This document shows positions 37,198 through 46,114 of a DNA stretch of 64,000 nt, piece after piece. The stretch is from an uncultured Actinomycetes bacterium (GTDB lineage Bacteria; Actinomycetota; Thermoleophilia; Gaiellales; JAICJC01), in NCBI GenBank assembly GCA_963843705.1, contig CAWJLQ010000006.1, positions 9,843-73,842 on the forward strand, read 5' to 3'. How positions within the stretch are numbered: the first letter of the stretch is position 1; the number at the start of each line of letters is the position of its first letter. The notes below the pieces were generated by a model that had not been told where the DNA came from, made no database searches, and saw nothing but the letters and a program-made list of their open reading frames with translations. A program made the translations under genes and the position numbers.

Positions 37198-37401
37198 ATG
37201 ATTGATTCCACGCCGCTGTGCGGTCTGGGCGGCTGCGAACCGAGCAGCGCAAGGACGCAGGGAGTGTTCATACCGGGTCGTATGGGCGCGACCGAGGACG
37301 CAGCGATGCGACGGTTCGCAGCCGCAGCCCCACCAGCGACCCAAACCCCCGCCACCACCTGACGTCCAGGCGCGCGGGGGTGTGGAATCAATCATCTAGC
37401 G
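37192..37401. repeat. Nested inverted-repeat (MITE-like) element
   Basis: Outer 20-bp perfect inverted repeat: CGCTAGATGATTGATTCCAC (37192-37211) against 37382-37401. Inner 14-bp perfect inverted repeat: GCGGCTGCGAACCG (37229-37242) against CGGTTCGCAGCCGC (37312-37325). The termini are unusually AT-rich for this genome. Confidence 0.8.
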
Positions 37402-37489
37402 GCGGGAAGCGGGGACAGTCCCCCGAGCGCCATCGCCTGCGCCGTCCGGGGCACCCGCTGCTCGACCTCGAGGGGGCGCGCCGGCGCTC

Positions 37490-37675
37490 TCAGTCCTCGA
37501 TGGTGAGGGCGCCGACCGGGCACGTGTCGCACAGCGCCTGCGCGCGCTCCTCCTCCATAGGGTCGATCAGGACCCGGGCGCAGCCGTCGTGGATCTCGAC
37601 CGCCTCAGGGTCGAGCCCGACGCACTCGCCGGAGCCGATGCAGATGCCGGTGTCAACGACGACGTGAACGGACAT
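37490..37675 (-). CDS. Small ferredoxin (actinobacterial 3Fe-4S/4Fe-4S type)
   Basis: 61 aa: MSVHVVVDTGICIGSGECVGLDPEAVEI...AQALCDTCPVGALTIED (CxxxxxC...CP pattern). Confidence 0.88.
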   Translation of the reverse strand: MSVHVVVDTGICIGSGECVGLDPEAVEIHDGCARVLIDPMEEERAQALCDTCPVGALTIED

Positions 37676-37700
37676 CGTGTTCTCCTCTCCTCGTGGATGT

Positions 37701-38825
37701 TCAGGCGGCGGCCACCAGCTTGCGTGCGTCGCCGAGGCGCGCCGGCGCGTCCAGCAGCAGCACACAGGACGGGCGCCCGTGCTCGTCGCGCCCGACCCAG
37801 AGTCCGTCCTCCTCGGCCCATTCGACTGCGGCGGCCGCGAGGCCGACCTGCTGGATCCGCAGCGGGCCGATGTCGCTGAAGAAGTACGGATCGCGCACAT
37901 ACGGCTCGCGCGATCCGGTGATCGCCCCGGCGACGTGGCGGCCGCTCCAGAGCGCATGATCCCAGTGCGGGATCGCCAGCCGGCCGAAGCGCGGGTGGGG
38001 GAACGACACGCAGTCGCCGCATGCCCAAACGCCTTCGTGGCCGGCCACGCGGAGCGTCTCGTCGGCCTCCAGCGCCAGCGGCCGGGGCGTGGCGGGGGCG
38101 AGCTCCGGCGGCAGGCTGGACCGGAAGCCGGCTGCCGAGACGACGACGTCGGCGCGCATATCCCCGTGGGTCTGCGTACGCACGACCCAGCCGCGCGCGT
38201 CGTGTTCGGCCGACTCGATCCGGCACTCGCCGGCGAAATCGACGCCGAGCGCCGCGAGCGTGGCCGTCGCAGCATCCGACACGACCGGGAGGAACCTGGC
38301 GAGCGGCCGCGCCACCATGTCGAGCAGGGTCACCCGATGGGTCGCGGCAAGGGTCGCGGCGGTCTCGGTGCCGATCAGGCCCGCGCCGATCACGATCACG
38401 CGCTGCCCGGGTCGCTCCAGCCGCTTGACCAGGGCCATCGCGCCGGCGCCGGTCGCGTTCTCGTCGCAGTCGTCCAGGCCCGGCACCGGCGGGCGCGGAT
38501 AGCGCAGCCCGGTCGCCCACACCAGCCGTGGCGCCTCGACCTCGACGGGTCCTCCGCCGCCGCGCGGGGCGACGGTCACGCGCCGCCCGCCGAGATCGAC
38601 GGCCGTGACGACGCCGTCGATGTGAGCGATCCCGCGCTCGGCCAGGGTGTCTGCCGCGGCGAGCAAGGGAAGGCGGCCGGTCACGAGCGCGCGCTTGGAG
38701 AGCGGTGGGCGATCGTGCGGCAGGCCGGGGCCGATCATCGTCACGGGCTCGCCGGCGAGAGCGAGCTTCGCGGCACACGCATAGCCGGAAACGCCGTTTC
38801 CGACGATGACGATCGGATCGGTCAT
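37701..38825 (-). CDS. FAD-dependent ferredoxin-NAD(P)+ reductase (pyridine nucleotide-disulfide oxidoreductase family)
   Basis: Dinucleotide folds IVIVGNGVSGYACA and VIVIGAGLIGTETA, plus VWACGDCV. ATG is at 38825. Confidence 0.88.
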   Translation of the reverse strand: MTDPIVIVGNGVSGYACAAKLALAGEPVTMIGPGLPHDRPPLSKRALVTGRLPLLAAADTLAERGIAHIDGVVTAVDLGGRRVTVAPRGGGGPVEVEAPRLVWATGLRYPRPPVPGLDDCDENATGAGAMALVKRLERPGQRVIVIGAGLIGTETAATLAATHRVTLLDMVARPLARFLPVVSDAATATLAALGVDFAGECRIESAEHDARGWVVRTQTHGDMRADVVVSAAGFRSSLPPELAPATPRPLALEADETLRVAGHEGVWACGDCVSFPHPRFGRLAIPHWDHALWSGRHVAGAITGSREPYVRDPYFFSDIGPLRIQQVGLAAAAVEWAEEDGLWVGRDEHGRPSCVLLLDAPARLGDARKLVAAA

Positions 38826-39019
38826 GGCGCGGCTCGGGCAGACGGCGAAGCCATGCGTCCATTGGAGCGCCTCCGGCCGCCGCGCGCATCGGTGGCTTCG
38901 CCGAACTCGTACCGACGCGAGTGCGTACAACTCCGTACGGAGGATGCGGGCTCTCGCCGATGCGGCGCCGTGCTCGCCGCGGGATGATCGAAGCGCGGCA
39001 GGAGCGAAAGGAGTCCGCG

Positions 39020-39241
39020 ATGGCGGTAGCCCCGGGAGGCGCGACTCGCCCGGCCGAGCCGAGCCGGCGGCAGTTGATTGCGCTCGCGCTCGCTCTCACC
39101 GCGACCGTGCTCACCGGCGGCGTTGCGATCGCCGGTCTCACCCGGGCGCCGTCGCCCGCGCCGGCGGGGCCGTCGGTGCAGCAGGTGCAACCCGCGACCA
39201 CCGCGCCCGCGAGGACGCAGCAGGTGGAGCCAGGAGGCTGA
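39020..39241 (+). CDS. Small single-pass membrane protein (73 aa)
   Basis: ATG 39020 follows GAAAGGAG. It has one TM helix (LIALALALTATVLTGGVAIAGL) and a Pro/Ala/Gln-rich tail. It ends 1 nt before the next start. Confidence 0.5.
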   Translation: MAVAPGGATRPAEPSRRQLIALALALTATVLTGGVAIAGLTRAPSPAPAGPSVQQVQPATTAPARTQQVEPGG

Positions 39242-39242
39242 G

Positions 39243-39449
39243 ATGCGAACCGTGTGGGTCACCGTCCTTTCGGTGTGGGCGCTCTTCGCGGTGGTGGCCG
39301 TGCTGGCCTGGACGCGTCAGCAGCCCGCCTCCGGGTCGGTCACCCCGCAGGTCGTCGTGGTCAAGGGGAAGAACGGCACCAGCAACCTCGTCGTCCAGAA
39401 CACGGCCCCCCAGGCAACCACGCGGACATCGCCGGTAGGAGCGGGATGA
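39243..39449 (+). CDS. Small single-pass membrane protein (68 aa)
   Basis: One TM helix (VWVTVLSVWALFAVVAVLAW) and then a short beta-like tail (VVVVKGKNGTSNLVVQN). Its stop overlaps the next ATG (ATGA). Confidence 0.5.
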   Translation: MRTVWVTVLSVWALFAVVAVLAWTRQQPASGSVTPQVVVVKGKNGTSNLVVQNTAPQATTRTSPVGAG

Positions 39450-40066
39450 CCGTCCTCGCCACGGGCGTCCCCGTCGCCTGGCTGATCGCGCGGGCCGCCG
39501 GGCTGGTCGCGTTCGGCCTGCTCGCGGTCGCGGTGACGCTCGGGCTGCTCCTGAGCACGCGCGTGCTCGGTCCGAAGCGCGGCAAGGCCCTGCTCGAGTG
39601 GCATCGCACGATCTTGTGGGCGAGCCTGTGCATGGTGGCGCTGCACGGCGTCGCCCTGCTGTTCGACCCGACGCTGCACTTCGGAGTCCTTGCGGTGCTC
39701 GTCCCCGGAACCGCGCCGTGGCGCCCCGTGTCGGTCGCCGCGGGGGTCGTGACGGCGTGGTTGATGCTCGTGCTCGCGACGTCGTTCCGAGCGCGGCGCC
39801 GCATCGGCCAGCGGCGCTGGCGGCAGCTGCACTACGCGAGCTTCGCGGGCTTCTCGCTCGGGCTCTGGCACGCGCTCACGACCGGCAGCGACCTGGTGGA
39901 CACGCGCGGACTCGTGTTCGCGGCCGTCGCGCTCCTGCCGGTGCTGTGGCTGACGTTCCTGCGCATCCTCGCGCCGCGGCCGGCGCCGAAGGCGCAGCGC
40001 CCACGCCTGCCCGCCCCGGCGCCGCCGAAGGACGAACCGGCCCGCCCGACCCCGGTGGCCGTGTGA
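39446..40066 (+). CDS. Ferric-reductase-like (MsrQ/YedZ-type) transmembrane haem-binding protein
   Basis: Six TM helices carry conserved His residues (EWHRTILW, MVALHGVALL, QLHYASF, GLWHAL). This is the PF01794-type layout. Confidence 0.8.
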   Translation: MTVLATGVPVAWLIARAAGLVAFGLLAVAVTLGLLLSTRVLGPKRGKALLEWHRTILWASLCMVALHGVALLFDPTLHFGVLAVLVPGTAPWRPVSVAAGVVTAWLMLVLATSFRARRRIGQRRWRQLHYASFAGFSLGLWHALTTGSDLVDTRGLVFAAVALLPVLWLTFLRILAPRPAPKAQRPRLPAPAPPKDEPARPTPVAV

Positions 40067-41034
40067 TGGCGTGCAGGCTGGAGACGCTGCCGTTTCGGGC
40101 CATGGGCACCGCCTGCGCGGTGTCGGTCACGGCACGCCGCGACGAGGGGCTGCAGGCACGCCGGGCGATGCAGGCCGGCCGCGCCGAGGTCGTCGCCTGC
40201 GAGCGGGCGCTCTCGCGGTTCGATCCACAGAGCGACCTGTGCCGGATGAACAGCCGCGGCGGCGAGTGGGCACACGTCGACGAACGGCTATCCGACGCGC
40301 TCGAGGCTGCGCTTCGCGCGCGGGCGGCGACGGCGGGTCGGTTCGACCCCACCATCCTGCCTGCGCTGGTTGCGGTGGGCTACGACCGCTCGTTCGAGCA
40401 GATCGCCCCGCATACGCATCGGATCGCGCCGTCGTGGCGTGCGGGTGCCTCGATCGAGATCGACCGCGAGCAGCGGCGCGTGCGCATCGAGGCGGGCGCG
40501 GAGGCCGATCTCGGTGGGATCGGCAAGGGCTTCTCCGCCGCTCGCGCCGTCGAGGCGATGCGTTCCGCGTGGCCCGGACTCGCCGGCGGGCTGGTCGACC
40601 TCGGCGGCGACATCGCCGTGTGGGGCGCGTCGCCCGACGGCGGCCCCTGGCGCATCGGCGTCGCCGACCCGCGTGTGCCGGGCTCGAGCCTCGGCGTCGT
40701 GCGCGTCGTCGCAGGCGGCGTCGCCACCTCCGGCCGCGACCGGCGCCGGTTCGGCCCCGGGAACACGCTCCATCACCTGATCGATCCGAGCACGGGGGCG
40801 CCCGCCAAGGGCGGCCCGCTGGCGGTCACGGTCATCGCCGAAGACGCCGTCGCGGCGGAGGCGCACGCCACCGCCCTCGCGGTGACGACGGCGCGTGCCG
40901 CGCGCGCCTACATCGCCGAGCGGCCCGGTCTCGGGGCGGTGGTCGTGCCCGACGCCGGCCCCCCCATCCTGGCCGGAGAGCTCGAGTTCGCCGCGTACCG
41001 GCCGCCGGTGCGCGTCACGCTTCCGACGATATGA
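40066..41034 (+). CDS. apbE: FAD:protein FMN transferase (ApbE family)
   Basis: Motifs FRAMGTACAV, RFDPTI, DLGGIGKGFSA, GVATSG and HHLIDPSTGAP. No signal peptide or lipobox is present. TGATG overlap with the upstream gene. Confidence 0.9.
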   Translation: MACRLETLPFRAMGTACAVSVTARRDEGLQARRAMQAGRAEVVACERALSRFDPQSDLCRMNSRGGEWAHVDERLSDALEAALRARAATAGRFDPTILPALVAVGYDRSFEQIAPHTHRIAPSWRAGASIEIDREQRRVRIEAGAEADLGGIGKGFSAARAVEAMRSAWPGLAGGLVDLGGDIAVWGASPDGGPWRIGVADPRVPGSSLGVVRVVAGGVATSGRDRRRFGPGNTLHHLIDPSTGAPAKGGPLAVTVIAEDAVAAEAHATALAVTTARAARAYIAERPGLGAVVVPDAGPPILAGELEFAAYRPPVRVTLPTI

Positions 41035-41042
41035 GGAGGGAC

Positions 41043-41543
41043 ATGATGGGCGCGAACACCGAACATGGGCGAGGCGGAGGACGTCGGCGTCGCGGCGCCG
41101 TTTGGGCCCTGATCGGCGCGACCGCTGTGCTGGCGGTGGCCTCGGCGGCCGGGTGCGGCGGCTCGGCGGGCGGCGGGTCCGGCGGCAAGGAGTCGGCCCC
41201 GGCGTTCGTCCAGCGGATCACCACCGAGTTCGCGCGCGGGCAGTCCGGGCGCCTGTGGGATGAGCTCGCGCCGGCCGATCAGGCGGTCGTGAGCCGGGCG
41301 CGCTACACCGCCTGCCTCGGCAACGAGGGGTTCACGCTCAGGTCGGTGAAGGTGCTGGACTCCTACTCCGAGCCCGTCGAGGTGGACGGGGCGTCGGAGC
41401 GCTCCGACGCCGTCACCCTGCAGGTGACGTCGGACACCGGCGTGACGACCGCGACCATCCATGCCCTGCCGATCGGGGGCACGTGGCACTGGATCCTGTC
41501 GTCGGCCGACCGGGCTGCGTTCACCGCCGGCAAGTGCCCGTGA
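41043..41543 (+). CDS. Lipoprotein of unknown function
   Basis: Lipobox LAVASAAGC followed by a Gly/Ser linker. It is tightly coupled to apbE; an in-frame ATG at 41031 overlaps the apbE stop. Confidence 0.7.
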   Translation: MMGANTEHGRGGGRRRRGAVWALIGATAVLAVASAAGCGGSAGGGSGGKESAPAFVQRITTEFARGQSGRLWDELAPADQAVVSRARYTACLGNEGFTLRSVKVLDSYSEPVEVDGASERSDAVTLQVTSDTGVTTATIHALPIGGTWHWILSSADRAAFTAGKCP

Positions 41544-41599
41544 ATCAGCCGTAACGCGGCCACCATGGTCCACGACCCCGGGCACGAGCCGGTGCGCGG

Positions 41600-41995
41600 C
41601 TACGCGGTCGCCGGCTCGCGGGCAGGCGCGCGCGACTCCCGCACGATCAGCACCGTCACCGCGACGATCACGAGCGCGTTCACGACGTGCAGGCCCCCCA
41701 GCAGCGGCGCGTCGCTGGCGCCCCAGCCGCCCAGCAGCGCCTGCACGATCATGAGGCCGAACAGCAGCCCGCTCATCTGCGTCGCCCGCGGCGACCAGCG
41801 CCCGATCGCGGCGACGACCACGAGGATCAGCGCGAGCAGGATCAGCCCGGTGCCGAGGGCGGCGTGGGCGTCGAAGTTCGAGTCCTTGTAGTGCTTGTCG
41901 TGGATCGTGGTGAACGCGCCCAGGCCGGCCAGGAAGAACTGGACGACCAGGAGGCCCGCGAACAGGTGTGCGAGCCCGGCGTGGAATCTGCGCAT
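41600..41995 (-). CDS. Small 4-TM membrane protein (DUF6220-like)
   Basis: ATG 41995 follows GCAGGAGGAG. The protein starts MRRFHAGLAHLFAGLLVVQFFLAGLGAF... and has four hydrophobic helices. Confidence 0.7.
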   Translation of the reverse strand: MRRFHAGLAHLFAGLLVVQFFLAGLGAFTTIHDKHYKDSNFDAHAALGTGLILLALILVVVAAIGRWSPRATQMSGLLFGLMIVQALLGGWGASDAPLLGGLHVVNALVIVAVTVLIVRESRAPAREPATA

Positions 41996-42070
41996 TGAGG
42001 TCTCCTCCTGCGGGGTGACTGCCGCGTCAGTCTCGCGCATCTGCGTCCAGGAACCGTTACGGTCCCCGGC

Positions 42071-43540
42071 ATGCCGGCCGGCCCCGTCATCCTCGCCGTC
42101 GACCAGGGCAGCTCGAGCACCCGCTGCATCGCCTACGACCCGCGGCTGGAGGCGGTCGCCTCGGCGGTGCGCCGGGTGGAGACGTCGCGGCCGGGGCCGG
42201 GCATGGTCGAGCACGACCCGGACGCGCTCCTCGACGGCGCGCTCGCCGCGATCGGTGAGGCCCGCGCGGCGGCGGACGGGGACGTGGCCGGGATCGGGAT
42301 CGCCAACCAGACCGAGACCTTCGTGCTGTGGGAGCGCGGCTCCGGGCGGGCGGTGACGCCGATGGTGAGCTGGCAGGACCAGCGCGCCGAGGAGCTGTGC
42401 GCGTCGCTGGCCGGACGGCCGGGGGCCGAACGCGTCGCCGCGGTGACCGGGCTTGCGCTCGACCCGACGTTCTCGGCGCCCAAGCTGGCGTGGCTCTTCG
42501 GGCGCGACCCCGCGCTGCTCGCCCGGGCGCAGGCCGGCGAGCTCGCCTTCGGCGACGTCGCCTGCTGGCTGGCCTGGCACCTCTCCGGCGGGGCGGGGCA
42601 CATCAGCGAGCCGTCGAACGCCTGCCGCAGCCTCGTCCTCGACGTCGAGACGATGTCATGGGACGCGGGCCTGCTCGACCTGTTCGGCGTCCCCGCGGCG
42701 GTGCTGCCCGAGGTGCGCGACTCGGACGCGTCCGGCCTGCGCACGTCCGCGGACACCGTCGGATTCGAGGCACCGGTCGCCGCCATGCTGGGCGACCAGC
42801 AGGCCGCGCTCTACGGCCAGGGCTGCACCCGGCCGCGGATGGCCGCGCTCACGCTCGGCACCGGCGCGTTCGTGTGGATGAACGCCGGCCCGGCGCGGCC
42901 CGATCCGCCTGAGGGCGTGCTCGCGACGGTCGCCTGGCAGACCGCGCGCGAGGGCCGCACCTATGCGCTCGAGGCCTTCGGCGCGAACGCCGGAAATGCG
43001 CTCGGCGTGCTGCGCGCGAGCGGGATCGTCGCCGCCGACTGGGCGTCGCGTGCGCCGGCCTGGGACGCGCCGCATCCGGTCGTCGTGCCGGCGCCCGCCG
43101 GGCTCGGCACCCCCCACTGGCACGGCGCCGACCGCGTCACCATCGTGGGTGCGAGCAGCGGGACGACGGCCGACGACCTGGCGGCGGCCTGGCTGGCCGG
43201 CGTCGCCCACCAGATCGCCGACGCGCTCGAGGCCCAGGCGGCCTCCGGCGGCATCGACGTGCTCCGCGTCGGCGGCGGCCTGGCCGCCGATCGCGTGCTG
43301 CTGCAGGCGGTGGCCGACCTCTCCGGACTGGTGCTCGAGGTCGCGCGCGACCTGGAGGCCACGGCGCGCGGGATCGCGACGATGGCGGCGGCGGCCGCCG
43401 GCGTGCTCGACCCGGCCGCGTCCGGTCACGCCGTCGCCCACCGGGTCGAGCCCGTGCTCGACGCGGCCGGGCGTGCGCGCGAGCGGGCCCGCTGGCGCGA
43501 CGCGCTCGAGGTGCACGTGCGCCCCGCGGCCGGCGGGTGA
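42071..43540 (+). CDS. glpK: Glycerol kinase (FGGY family)
   Basis: Motifs ILAVDQGSSSTRCIAYD, MVEHDPDALL and GIANQTETFVLWERGSGRAVTPMVSWQDQR. Coupled to glpD. Confidence 0.85.
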   Translation: MPAGPVILAVDQGSSSTRCIAYDPRLEAVASAVRRVETSRPGPGMVEHDPDALLDGALAAIGEARAAADGDVAGIGIANQTETFVLWERGSGRAVTPMVSWQDQRAEELCASLAGRPGAERVAAVTGLALDPTFSAPKLAWLFGRDPALLARAQAGELAFGDVACWLAWHLSGGAGHISEPSNACRSLVLDVETMSWDAGLLDLFGVPAAVLPEVRDSDASGLRTSADTVGFEAPVAAMLGDQQAALYGQGCTRPRMAALTLGTGAFVWMNAGPARPDPPEGVLATVAWQTAREGRTYALEAFGANAGNALGVLRASGIVAADWASRAPAWDAPHPVVVPAPAGLGTPHWHGADRVTIVGASSGTTADDLAAAWLAGVAHQIADALEAQAASGGIDVLRVGGGLAADRVLLQAVADLSGLVLEVARDLEATARGIATMAAAAAGVLDPAASGHAVAHRVEPVLDAAGRARERARWRDALEVHVRPAAGG

Positions 43541-45123
43541 GCGGCGGCGTCCTCGGCCCGGGCGAGCGCGTGCGGGCGCTCGACCGGCTGCGCGGCGAGA
43601 CCTTCGACCTGCTCGTGGTCGGCGGCGGCGTCACCGGCGCCGGGATCGCGCTCGACGCGGCCACGCGCGGGCTGTCCGTGGCGCTGGTCGAGGCGCGCGA
43701 CATCGCCGCGGGTACGTCGAGCCGCTCGAGCAAGCTGATCCACGGCGGTCTGCGCTATCTGGAGATGCTCGACTTCGGCCTCGTGCGCGAGGCGCTGCGC
43801 GAGCGGCGGCTGCTGCTGACGCGGCTCGCGCCCCACCTCGTGCGGCCGGTGCCGTTCCTGTTCCCGCTGCGGCGGCGCGTGTGGGAGCGGCCCTACATGG
43901 GCGCCGGGCTGCTGCTCTACGACTCCATGGGCGGCGCCCGCCACCTGCCCCGGGCGCGGCACCTGTCGCGGCGGGCGGCGCTCGCGCAGGCGCCGGCGCT
44001 GCGCCCCGACACGCTCGTCGGCGCGGTCACGTTCCACGACGCGCAGGAGGACGACGCCCTCTTCGCCGTCTGCGTGGCGCGGACGGCGGCCGCCCATGGC
44101 GCCGCGATCGTCACCCGGGCGGCCGTGACCGGATTCCTGCGCGACGAGGGCGGCCGGGTGGCGGGGGCGGAGGTGAGGACGGACGGCGAGCCGTTCCCCG
44201 TCCGCGCCCGGCACACGATCGCCGCCGTGGGCGTCTCGACCGACCGCGTGCTCGAGCTCGCCACCGGCCGTCCGCATCACGCGCTGCGGCCGTCGAAGGG
44301 GATCCACGTGCTGGTGCCGCGGCGGGCGATCGACATGCGCGACGGGCTCTTCATGCGCACCGAGAAGAGCATCTTCCACGCCATCCCCTGGGGCGGCGGG
44401 CACTGGCTGCTCGGCGACACCGACACGGAGTGGGACGGGGAGCCGGACGAGCCGGTCGCAAACCGCAGCGACGTCGAGTACGTGCTCGCCAAGGTGAACA
44501 GCGTGCTGCGGACGCCTGTCCGGGCCGCCGACATCTGCGGCGTCTACGCCGGGCTGCGGCCGCTCGTGGCGGCTGCCGGGACGGCGGCGACGACGCGCCT
44601 CTCGCGCGAGCACCGCCTGTTCGCGCCCGTCCCGGGGCTGACGGCGATCGCCGGCGGCAAGTACACGACCTACCGGGTGATGGCCCGCGACGCCGTGGAC
44701 GCGGCCGGCCGCGACCTGGGCGGCGTCCCGCCGTCGCGCACCCAGACGGTGCCGATCGCGGACGTCCGGGACGAGGTGCGTGCGCTCGCCGCATCCGATC
44801 CCGAGCTGGCCGCGCCGGTGCCGGGGTCGGGGCACCACACGCTCGCCGAGGCGGTGCACGCCTGCTCACACCAGGGCGCGCTCGACCTCGACGACGTGCT
44901 CTCGCGCCGGACGCGGGTCGCGATCGAGGTGCCCGACCGCGGCCGGGCGGCCGCCGCGGCGGTCGCGCCGCTCGTCGCGCCCGTGCTCGGCTGGTCGGAC
45001 GCGCGCGCCGCGGACGAGGTCGCCCGCTACGTGCGCCTGCGCGACGCGGAGGCGGCCGCCGAGGCGGCGCCCGACGACGCGGCCGCGCGGGCGGCCTACC
45101 GGGCGGTGCTCGAGCGAGGCTGA
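43537..45123 (+). CDS. glpD: FAD-dependent glycerol-3-phosphate dehydrogenase
   Basis: Motifs DLLVVGGGVTGAGIALDAATRGLSVALVE and GTSSRSSKLIHGGLRYL. GTGA overlap with the glpK stop. Confidence 0.9.
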   Translation: MSGGVLGPGERVRALDRLRGETFDLLVVGGGVTGAGIALDAATRGLSVALVEARDIAAGTSSRSSKLIHGGLRYLEMLDFGLVREALRERRLLLTRLAPHLVRPVPFLFPLRRRVWERPYMGAGLLLYDSMGGARHLPRARHLSRRAALAQAPALRPDTLVGAVTFHDAQEDDALFAVCVARTAAAHGAAIVTRAAVTGFLRDEGGRVAGAEVRTDGEPFPVRARHTIAAVGVSTDRVLELATGRPHHALRPSKGIHVLVPRRAIDMRDGLFMRTEKSIFHAIPWGGGHWLLGDTDTEWDGEPDEPVANRSDVEYVLAKVNSVLRTPVRAADICGVYAGLRPLVAAAGTAATTRLSREHRLFAPVPGLTAIAGGKYTTYRVMARDAVDAAGRDLGGVPPSRTQTVPIADVRDEVRALAASDPELAAPVPGSGHHTLAEAVHACSHQGALDLDDVLSRRTRVAIEVPDRGRAAAAAVAPLVAPVLGWSDARAADEVARYVRLRDAEAAAEAAPDDAAARAAYRAVLERG

Positions 45124-45157
45124 CCGGATCCGCCCCGCCGGGGGTACGCTGGTTCGT

Positions 45158-45502
45158 ATGAGCGCGACGAGCGCCCCCAGCCGGCGCATCACCGACGAGG
45201 TCACCTCCTGGAGCGGGGTCACGGCCGGCCCCGGTCGCCGGGGCGAGTGGAGCTTCCAGCTCGGCCGGCGTGAGATCGGCCACCTGCACGGCGACCGTTC
45301 CGCCCACTTCATGTTCCCGAAGTCCGTCTGGCGCGAGCTCCGGGCGGAGGGGCGGATCGAGCCGCATCCGGTGTTCCCGGGCGCCGAGGGCCCGGGCGCC
45401 CGTCCCATCCGCACCGACGCCGACGTGGACGAGGTGATCGCGCTGATGCGCCTGAACTACGACCGCGTCGTGCGGCTTCACGATTCCGACGCCGGCCCGT
45501 GA
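45158..45502 (+). CDS. Small luciferase-domain-like family protein (114 aa)
   Basis: ITDEVTSWSGVTAGPGRRGEWSFQLGRREIGHLHGDRSAHFMFPKSVWRELRAEGRIEPHPVF resembles the small proteins that I recall being annotated as luciferase family. Confidence 0.6.
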   Translation: MSATSAPSRRITDEVTSWSGVTAGPGRRGEWSFQLGRREIGHLHGDRSAHFMFPKSVWRELRAEGRIEPHPVFPGAEGPGARPIRTDADVDEVIALMRLNYDRVVRLHDSDAGP

Positions 45503-45564
45503 CACGATCGTGACGACGCGCTCGTATGCTGGGCGCTGAACGGTAACTCCACCAGGAGGCGGTC

Positions 45565-46104
45565 ATGCGCGGGATCCGGGATCGGCGGACGGTGAGGCTG
45601 GCGGTGGTGCTCGCGGCGGCTGCCGGGATCGGCGCCGCCGGGGCGGCGGCGACTCACGCGTCGGCGGCGGCGGCGAGCACGCCGCGCTGCCGGCTGCACC
45701 AGCTCGCGCTGGCGCACCCGAAGTCGAACGGCGCGGCCGGCACCATCCGCCTGCGCTTCGTCTTCACGAACACGAGCGGCTCGACGTGCAAGCTGTTCGG
45801 CTTCCCCGGCATGCAGATGCTGAACGCGAAGCACAAGGCGATCCCGACGCACGTGCACCGGGGCACGGGCAACGGCGTCCCATCCGAGCCCGAGACCGAC
45901 GTCGTCATGACGCCCGGCCAGCACGGGTCGTTCTACGCCGGCTACTCGGACGTCCCCACCGGCAGCCAGAAGTGCCGCGTCTCGACCTACGTCGAGGTGA
46001 CGCCGCCGAACGACTTCAACCACTTCACGCAGAAGCTCAAGATCCAGCCGTGCGGCGGCAACATCACGGTCTCGCCGGTCGTGCACGGGCGGCTGCCGGT
46101 GTGA
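45565..46104 (+). CDS. Secreted DUF4232 domain protein
   Basis: A signal peptide is followed by STPRCRLHQLALAH...GTIRLRFVFTNTSGSTCKLFGFPGMQML and paired Cys residues typical of DUF4232. Confidence 0.8.
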   Translation: MRGIRDRRTVRLAVVLAAAAGIGAAGAAATHASAAAASTPRCRLHQLALAHPKSNGAAGTIRLRFVFTNTSGSTCKLFGFPGMQMLNAKHKAIPTHVHRGTGNGVPSEPETDVVMTPGQHGSFYAGYSDVPTGSQKCRVSTYVEVTPPNDFNHFTQKLKIQPCGGNITVSPVVHGRLPV

Positions 46105-46114
46105 CGGCCGGCAT

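Noticed and set aside
37194-37399. Two mirrored 65-aa ORFs (37194-37391 minus, 37202-37399 plus), both ending in GVESII.
   Set aside because: They arise from the inverted-repeat symmetry of the MITE-like element, and their composition is junk.
41385-41396. A DGAS tetrapeptide in the lipoprotein downstream of apbE, considered as a possible flavinylation site.
   Set aside because: The accepted ApbE target is [S/T]GA[S/T] within an FMN-binding domain context (D..SGAT.S). Here the preceding residue is Asp and the surrounding sequence does not resemble that domain. I kept it only as a candidate to test, not as a claim.
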